Below, piece by piece: positions 54,732-64,000 of a stretch of DNA of 64,000 nucleotides. A program made the position numbers and the translations under genes. The DNA is taken from contig OX597814.1 in NCBI GenBank assembly GCA_951406725.2, positions 116,374,001-116,438,000 of the forward strand, read 5' to 3'. The DNA comes from Octopus vulgaris. Its lineage: Eukaryota. Under the pieces are notes generated by a model. It ran no database searches. It saw nothing but the letters and a program-made list of their open reading frames with translations, and was not told where the DNA came from. Positions within the stretch are counted from its first letter, which is position 1, and every line of letters starts with the position of its first letter.

Positions 54732-54911
54732 AGTTATTTTTTTATGCCATGTTAGCCTTAATGCGTCGGATCCGTGATCAAAGGTACTCTAGGGAATGCA
54801 AACTCCTCTTCATATATATATATATATATATGAAGAGGAGTTTGCATTCCCTAGAGTACCTTTCATCACGGATCCGACGCATTAAGGCTAACATGGCATT
54901 AAAAAATAACT
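54732..54911. repeat. Near-perfect 180-bp palindrome centred on a (TA)n run
   Basis: About 80-bp unique arms with two mismatches around a self-complementary (TA)n centre. Confidence 0.95.
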
Positions 54912-56204
54912 ATATAATAACTAAAAAAATAAATATATATAGCGGTATATATATATATATATATAGCATTGTTTTATCTAATGTATCTTTGAATGATTGT
55001 TTCATGGAGTTTCAATTAATGGAGATTGCGCAAATATTTCTAGCAAATCGAGAAAGCAAGGATTCACCTACTTTGTGATGTAAATAAAACCAGTGAGATT
55101 TGAAACATTGATTTTTCTTAGGGGGGAAATAGACATTTCCTAATTCATTATTCTAATGCAGTTGATTCCAGGAAGAATTGATGGATCGCCTGAGAACATA
55201 TCTTGCTTATATTTGGTTGCACGTATTAAAACTGTGAGCTTCAGTCATGCCTGCATTTGGCATTGGCTTACTTTCTCTGATGTCAGTAGCATAGGTAATT
55301 TTAATTAACTTGCCTGGGTTCAGTGGAGAATATCCCTGTAGTATATGTTGTGGCCGCGCGCCAAAGTTACCAGTAATTATTTTACAAATTTAATTATTTA
55401 GGCTTTGAATGCGATTTTAAATTAAATACATAATAGAAACATGGAAGTAAGTTTACAGGGGGGGGGGGGGGTAAAATTTAATCAAGAATGAATGTATTTA
55501 ATGATATTTTCTAATTCATGGAATAAAACGGGTTTATCTTTTGGGTACATGTATAGATTCATTGGTAAAGAAGCTACCCCCCTACGTATCAAAGTATTTA
55601 GGAAATGTACCTTAGACAAGAATATTTTACTACACCGTCGGTTTAAAAAAAGGCCTTAGGAATAAAAACTAGTAGTCGGGGACTATCTGGAGGGACTATC
55701 TGGAAATGCAATGGAAAAGGTCTTCTTATTGCTGGGTGCGGACATAACATTTCTCCATGTTCAATAACTCCACCTGCCCCTTCTATTTTACACCCAGATT
55801 TCTATTTCAATACGAGATGGTGGGAAATCGTAATGTGAATTAATGTGCTAGCAAAAATATGTGAACCTGTATGCATAAGCACACACACACATAAGATACG
55901 CATGGAAGAACGAAAGCTGAACTAGGGTTTGTATAACCTTGGTGATCAGAGCGATTATGTATCTCAGGGATTTTTGTATTGGGCTTAGTTGGAAATTCTC
56001 CAGTAACAGAAGAATTGCGTCACTGATGTGTTCAAAGCATTTGTTGACCATGTATGATATTACCGCATTTCTCACTTCTTTTTCCTCCTCATTTTCATGT
56101 ATGCTCCCACACAAATAATAAACCGTCCCTATACTGTCCCACTCAACACATGCGCCCGTGGAATATAAAGAAATCATTATCGTTATACTCCTCTTCCTTT
56201 TCCT

Positions 56205-56283
56205 CCACCTCCGCCTCCGCCTCCGCCTCCGCCTCCGCCTCCGCCTCCGCCTCCGCCTCCGCCTCCTCCTCCGCCTCCTCCTC
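56205..56283. repeat. (CCTCCG)n hexanucleotide repeat
   Basis: Directly visible; produces the spurious poly-Arg ORF. Confidence 0.95.
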
Positions 56284-56582
56284 ATCAAAATTATTGTTTT
56301 CTCTTTATCACAGGTTTTGTTGGACCTCCTGGAGTCTTGCATGTGCAGCGGGCTTACTACCTGCAGCCTACGGTACCATACTATTCGTTCTTTTCGGCTA
56401 CTTAACACTTTCCTGATTATTCTGGCCATGCCAAGGAGGCAAATCTTTTGTAACAGTTCCAGTGGGCACTCTATTCCGATTTCCTTTATATTCCTCTTGA
56501 TGCCTTCTGATACTGTCTTTTCGTCTTCCTCCTTCACTACTCGTGGGTCAAAAGGGCATGCCACATCAACTATATAACATAT
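56284..56582 (-). mobile_element. R4/Dong-like LINE 3' end, internally deleted
   Basis: CYIVDVACPFDPRV..IGIECPLELLQKICLLGMARIIRKVL; adjacent (ATT)n at 56585-56740. Confidence 0.8.
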
Positions 56583-56608
56583 GATTATTATTATTATTAT
56601 TATTATCA

Positions 56609-56696
<88 letters not shown>

Positions 56697-56744
56697 TATT
56701 ATTATTATTAGTAGTAGTAGTATCATCATCATTATTATTAAGAC

Positions 56745-56940
56745 GTCCTGCTAGCACGCTGGACGAAATGCTTAGCGGTATTTCGCAAGTCGCTACGTTC
56801 TGAGTTCACATTCCGCCTAAGTCGATTTTACCTTTCACCTTTTTGGGGTCATTAAATTAAATACCCATTGAGTACTGGGATGGATGTAATCGACTATCTC
56901 CCTCCCCCAAATTTCAGACCTTGTGCCTATAATATTATTA
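56745..56940 (+). mobile_element. Family-3 SINE-like monomer
   Basis: CGAAATGCTTAGCGGTATTTCG..GTTCTGAGTTCA core. Confidence 0.8.
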
Positions 56941-57165
56941 CTAATCCTTTGACTCTTCAAGCACTCTGATGTGTTCGTATTGGAGCTTTCCGGCGCAAAT
57001 GCCAAGCAATACAGCATGTAGATTCCAAATTTCTGTCAGAGTGAACTGCGTCATACTGCTGTTTTTCTCACAGACGGTGCCCAACCATATTGTGTAGTCG
57101 ATAAAATAAAAAAAAACAACTAATGCGCATGCGCGAAATAAAGAATATAAAATAGCTAACGAAGC

Positions 57166-57216
<51 letters not shown>

Positions 57217-57276
57217 AATAAATAACATATAAATATATGCGTATATACATACATATAATATGTACATACCTATATA

Positions 57277-57331
<55 letters not shown>

Positions 57332-57710
57332 GCATGCACATATGGGTACAGGACATCAAAAAAACGTCGAACGCAATGCGAAACGAAAATATAAAAACAA
57401 AAACATAGAAACGAACTTTTTTTCGAACAACGAAAAAAAAAAAACAAATATAGAAACGAGACATACAACACCGAATATTCCCTTTCATCAGTTGTCCCTG
57501 GTTTATCTACTCCACGTAAGAAGGCAAGGACAAAACTCGACTTCGTTGAAACAGTCCATACCGCAAAGCAAATTAAATAAAATTTGGGATTTTTTGCGGA
57601 GGGTGAAAGTGGTAACAAGAACAGGACAGTGAGAACAAAACAGTAAAAACATAGTGAGGGCTGTTAAGCCAAGACGATGGAAAAATTATTCTGAACGTTT
57701 AGGAAGATGA

Positions 57711-57762
<52 letters not shown>

Positions 57763-58267
57763 TGTTGCAACCAAATAAAACGTTGGTAATATTTCAAAAA
57801 CAACAGATACTAAGCTCATATAAACACCGATTTCAGCACAGAGAAAACCGCATTTATGAAGATTTTATCCATAGCCTAGAGACCAAGTAACCAATTACAT
57901 CAAACTGAATTAATATTCTCATATTTCTCGTGTTAGAGGATTCAATACCGTATTTGATTCATAGAATTCAAGAGATTTTCTAGATTACAATATATTGCCG
58001 GGAAATTATAAAGAAATCTTGCTTTCGATTACAACTTATATACTATGGAGTATTGATGTAATGGAATGACATAATTATGTGCGGTTTTTAAATTCCTGAG
58101 GTAGAGAAGCATCTCCCCTGTTTCACTGATCATCGACAAAGTTATACAGAAAAAAAAATGCAAGGATATTATCTTATTCTTGAACTTAACGTGCTTCAAC
58201 GAGTTGTTGCTTGGAAGTTGCACTCCTCTATACATACATACATACATACATACATACATACATACAT

Positions 58268-58330
<63 letters not shown>

Positions 58331-58554
58331 ATATGAGGGAATATTATTCCAAACTTACAGGGAGAAATTCAATTTAGAAACACTAATCAAATAGTTATTC
58401 TATCAAATATATACGTTTTATTTATTATTTTGCACATTACTTAATCATCGTTATATGTTTTATCTTATATTTGATCTTTCTATAATATGTAATATTCTAG
58501 TTGGTATAATTTAATTTTTCATTATTGAATTGATAAAAGGTGTTTTTTTCTAAG

Positions 58555-58658
<104 letters not shown>

Positions 58659-58881
58659 ACGATATTATAATTCATTTCTCTCGGTCATACTGCCTCGGTT
58701 CTCGCGGTTAAAATATAATGTTTGCTAGATAGACCACGTGGGTGGAAGGGGAGTGCAGAAATTTACGCCTGCGCATTTTGAATTTGTTGACACTGTTAGT
58801 TGGAGTGGTTCATCTGAAGCGACAAGTTCGCTGATAGGTAAAGTTCCTTCTTTTAGTGTTTCCAAATCCAAATTAAGAAAT

Positions 58882-58944
58882 TTTGAGCTGACGAAAGAAA
58901 TGCTGATTTTATTTGGCTAATCTTGAAACGTTGACGTACTCAAA
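58882..58944 (+). ncRNA. Canonical type I hammerhead ribozyme
   Basis: Stem I TTTGAG/CTCAAA; CTGACGA; stem II AAGA/TCTT plus inner GCTGA/TTGGC; GAAA; stem III CGT(TG)ACG; GUA cleavage predicted after 58938. Confidence 0.85.
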
Positions 58945-59269
58945 CGATCTATGTACTTGTGATATTTTTCTGTATTTACCTCCAAACCTTCGTGAGCTGT
59001 CTGGAGTAAACATTATCTGAGAGAAATTTTCTTTAAGTAGTAGAAATGCTAAGAAAATTTTTTTTGGCTGCTATTTCTACTAAGTTCAGTATGTGGCAAA
59101 GTAATTTATTTTACTAAGCCCTAATTATATAATATATATATATATATATATGTATGAGATAGATAGAGAGAGAGAGGGGGAGAGACATATATATACATGC
59201 ATACACATATATACATATTCATAGTTATTTATCTATCTATATATCTGTATATTATGTATGTATTTTATT

Positions 59270-61007
59270 TTATCTATTTATTTTATCTAGTTTCAGCTCA
59301 CAAGCTGTGGTCATGCTGGGGCACCGCCATTGGGTGTTGCTACATTATTTTACTTCACGAATGCGTTTTAGCAATTGCCATTTGGTGCATGAGAGAGTTC
59401 GATGCAACTGCCCTCATCTGCACCTCTTGCCGTGAAGTTGGTTCATCTGGGATACCTGACAAGAAGAGATCCAGTTTCATTTTAAAGACATCTGCATCCA
59501 CCCCATGCAGGTCTCTTAGGTTCTTCGGGAGGATATTGAAGAGCTGTGGGCCTCGGAAGCCCAGGCTATCACAGTATCTTGTCCTACATCTTGATGGCAA
59601 ATTTGGAGTCCTTGGTACTATGCAGTGGCGCCCAGTTCTGACATTTGTGTAACTCTCGATGCCAAAGTTTGGGACAAGTCCTTCTAGGATCTTCCAGATG
59701 TATATTATGGCATATCTTTCTCGCCTACGCTCTAAGGAATAGAGTCTCAATCTCTTGAGTCTTTCCCAATAGCTTATATGCTCAACAGAGGCTATCTTCT
59801 TCGTGTAGCTTCGTTGGATCGCCTCAAGTTCTGTGATTAACTTGACACTGGATGGTGACTTTAGCTGAAAAGCAATAGTCAAAGTGGCTTAAGACAAGTG
59901 TCCTCCAGAGGATCATCATGGTTTCCTGGTCTCTTGTTCTGAAGGTTCTAAGAATCCATCCGGTCAGCCGCCTACATTTCATTGCCAATTTAGCAACATG
60001 CATATGAAAGGTTGCATCATCACTCATGTAAATACCCAGGTCTCGCTCTGATTGTGCCTCTGGGATTGCAGTCCCTCCAGGTCCAGTGTATTTATTGTGT
60101 ATTGCATTTAGTTTTGCGTGCTGATAGCATAGAGCTTGAAACTTTTCAGCATTGAACTGCATGCTATTCTATTCAGCCCACTTGTATATTTTGTCCAGCT
60201 CACATTGCAGGTGCTTAGTGTCTTCAGGGTTCTGTATTGCCTGTGAAATTTTTGTATCATCTGCATAACTTGTGATCGTGGCTCTCTGCGTGGCTGAGGG
60301 CATGTCTGAGAGGGCCATTATGAACAGTAGTGGTCCCAGAACAGTGCCCTGCGGAACACCGCTCACTATTTGCGTGTTAGTGGACAAGTTGTAGGAGAGT
60401 CCTAGCAAGACCACTGCAGTTCCTCTTTCTAGGTCTTGCTAGGACTCTCTTACAACTTGTCCACTAACACGCAAATAGTGAGCGGTGTTCCGCAGGGCAC
60501 TGTTCTGGGACCACTACTGTTCATAATGGCCACTACCACCTGACTTCTATCCTTCAGAACGTCATGAAGACATTCTCCCAATTTTCCAACTATGCCAAGA
60601 TCACGCAGTTTGTGACATAGTATTCCATGATCGACTTTATCAAAAGCCTTTGCAAAGTCAAGATATATGACTTCCACATTTGAGTGGTTGAGCAGTCGTT
60701 TCAGCACCCAGTCATAGTGTTGTAGGAGCTGAGTTAAGCAGCTTCTTCCTGGTCGGAAACCATGTTGGGTGTCAGGCAGCAAGTCATTTTCTTCAAGGAA
60801 GGTGATTAGTTTCCTTCTGACTATTCGTTCCATGACCTTGCTGATGTGTGAGGTCAGAGAGATAGGTCTGTAGTTCTTGGCCTCCTCTCTGCTACCTCCT
60901 TTATGAATAGGGCATATTTTACCTTCCTTCAGTTTTCTTGGAAGTTTGCCAGTTGCAAGGAAGCTCTGAAAGAGGAACTGCAGTGGTCTTGCTAGGACTC
61001 TCTTACA
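59270..61007 (-). mobile_element. 5'-truncated CR1-group (CR1/L2/Crack-like) LINE with RT domain and 3' tail
   Basis: NYRPISLTS, QHGFRPGRSC, YLDFAKAFDKV, SGVPQGTVLGPLLF, YADD, LYSLERRRER; stop at 59355; few lesions apart from the fold-back. Confidence 0.93.
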
Positions 61008-61025
61008 TATATATATATATGTATG

Positions 61026-61057
<32 letters not shown>

Positions 61058-61064
61058 GAGTGTA

Positions 61065-61813
<749 letters not shown>

Positions 61814-62133
61814 GTATATATATATATATATATATATATACGTGTGAGATGAATTTAAAATAATAGACAGAGAGCACCACTGGAAAATACGAAAACTAAA
61901 AGAAGCAGCACATGTTAGGACAACCTCCTAAGCAGACCGAATGCAGATATGTGTAGCATATGGGAACCGGCATTAAGGAAAGACAGAAAAATATTAAGTT
62001 TATAGGCCCTAAAATTCACTCAAGAATTGCCCACAGGCATATGGCGTAGTGGTCAAGAGCACGTTCCAAGTTCGATTTCAAGTAGTGACATGAATAATAA
62101 AAATTTGAAAAAAAAAAAAAAATAATAATAATA

Positions 62134-62545
62134 AACTGCCCAAAAATAAAGAATGTGGAATCTGAAGGCTAAAAAAATGTGGAATCTGAAGACTATAAAA
62201 ATGTGGAAGCTGAAGACTAAAACAATACCTGGGAATGATAGCGAAAGGGGCTGATTGCTACCTTGCTCAGATACCAGGAAACCCCAAAATGGCAGAAATT
62301 CAAAAGATAGTACTCATGAGAACTGCTCATATCCTACGCAATATACTTTCTATGTAATCTCAAGTTTTAAAACAAACATAATTTTCTTATGGCTTCTTAA
62401 ACATTCTCTAGAACAACACTATGTGCAGAACCAAATATATGGCACCGTAGGCATAGCACCAACGTGAACTTCCAACTTGTCTCTTGAGGTCTCTGGGTGA
62501 GACTTGGAGCCAACTTATACACATTTAAAGCAAAAGTCAAACAAA
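62134..62545 (+). mobile_element. R4/Dong-like LINE extreme 3' end
   Basis: KMWKLKTKTIP..YLAQIPGNPKMAEIQKIVLMRTAHILRNILSM*; lies between (AAT)n and (ACT)n/(AAT)n. Confidence 0.8.
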
Positions 62546-62546
62546 A

Positions 62547-62605
<59 letters not shown>

Positions 62606-62737
62606 ATAATAATAATGATAAAAATAATAATAACAGCTTAGACAGAAAGACAAGGATGATGGCCCTAAGAAAGGTGTGTGTAAAATTTGAATGAAATCAG
62701 TTCGGTAGTTCTCGAGCTTTAGTGAAGCACACCGACA

Positions 62738-62831
62738 GAACCGCCAAGTTACGGGACATAAAGACACCAACATTGGTTTCAAGTGCTGATGGGGGAGGAG
62801 CAAACACAGACACACAAATACATACATACGA

Positions 62832-62911
<80 letters not shown>

Positions 62912-63085
62912 GTATATATATACGACGGGTTCTTTCAGTTTACATCTACCAAATCCACTCACAAACCCTTGGTCTTACCGAGGCTACAGTAGAAAACACA
63001 CGCCCGAGGTGCCACGCAGTAGAACTGAACCCGTAACCATATGGTTGGGAAGCAAGCTTCTTACTGTAAAGCCACTCCTGCTCCT
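62738..63085 (-). mobile_element. Family-1 SINE, diverged and lacking its tail
   Basis: Head and central homology, long internal (TA)n. Confidence 0.8.
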
Positions 63086-63757
63086 ATGCATATATTCATA
63101 CCTTTATGCATGATTCTATGTTTGTGTATAGACACACACAGATACATACACACACACACTCACACACACATGTACACTCACGCACATACGAACATGCACG
63201 GACACATTTATATTTATATCTATATGTGCAGGAATATATACATCAATATTTGAATGTATATGCATCAATATACATGTATGGACATGAATATACATGAGAA
63301 AATTCTAGAATCTAAGATTAGGAAACCAGAAATCTACATTTCCGAGAAGATAAATTGTTTTTGAATTAATAGTTATGAGTATGCTGGTAAATGTATATTA
63401 TATGAAGGTCTTTACTTATAAACTTTTCCGATTTATTACAGTCTATTATATATCATTTTAGTAATTTCCTTTTTATTATGTATTATAATTTCGCTTATTT
63501 ATTTTACTGTATATATTTACACTTTTTTAATTGCATTAGTCGTGGTTATGTAAGATTATGTGTGTGTTTTCTGTGTAGATATATTGTAACTAACATAGAA
63601 AGAATGATGTTCTTTGACTAGACTAGCTCTAAATGTTTGACGTCACATATAGTGGAGAAATTATTTCGACATTTATGAAGTAATTTTGTGATATGTATTG
63701 GGATTTCACAAAAAAAATTATCCTGTTATATTTATACTGGCGAGAGAATTGACACCC

Positions 63758-63930
63758 TTGGAAAAATGCTTAGCGGCATTTTGTCTGGTGCTACGTTATA
63801 GGTTCAAACTCCTTCAAGGTCGAATTTGACCTTTATCCTTTCAAAGTCGATAAAATACTTATCAGTTGAATTATGGGATCGTTGTAACCGGTTTGCAGCC
63901 TCCCTTAAAATTGTTGGCCTTGTTTAAAAA
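63758..63930 (+). mobile_element. Old family-3 SINE-like copy
   Basis: AAATGCTTAGCGGCATTT..GGTTCAAACTCC..GTCGATAAAATA. Confidence 0.65.
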
Positions 63931-64000
63931 AATTAAATCAATATTTATACTAACGTTTAGTGGTATAAGATATTTTGTTTAAGTAGAATTACCTATCAAT

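Noticed and set aside
55848-56732. Longest ORF (294 aa)
   Set aside because: Concatenation of (ATT)n, a LINE 3' fragment and a (CCTCCG)n repeat
57480-57530. CTGATGAAAGGG on the minus strand as a hammerhead core
   Set aside because: No matching GAAA/stem III in this copy

Overview
AT-rich eukaryotic DNA with very dense microsatellites, most likely intronic or intergenic sequence from an octopus/coleoid cephalopod (inferred from the SINE families and repeat load, not proven). I cannot support any intact host protein-coding gene, rRNA, tRNA or CRISPR array; most ORFs in the track are translated microsatellites. The window is a mosaic of mobile-element remains: two near-full-length mariner copies in inverted orientation, a head-to-head mariner-derived MITE, a Tc1 fragment, several RLE-type (R4/Dong-like) LINE fragments mostly beside (TAA)n/(TAG)n arrays, a young CR1-group LINE with a fold-back scar, several Penelope-like (PLE) RT and GIY-YIG fragments, and three abundant SINE families. 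The strongest signal is a set of short, mutually unrelated non-coding units embedded in (TA)n arrays, each carrying a type I hammerhead-ribozyme fold. One is fully canonical (58882-58944) and one has a compensatory U3-A8 core (61421-61494). Nearby near-perfect palindromes and pseudo-LTR/inversion architecture suggest a diverse (TA)n-targeting PLE/retrozyme-like system. An unexplained CpG-rich, apparently structured 230-bp island lies at 8301-8530. All alignments and folds were done by eye.
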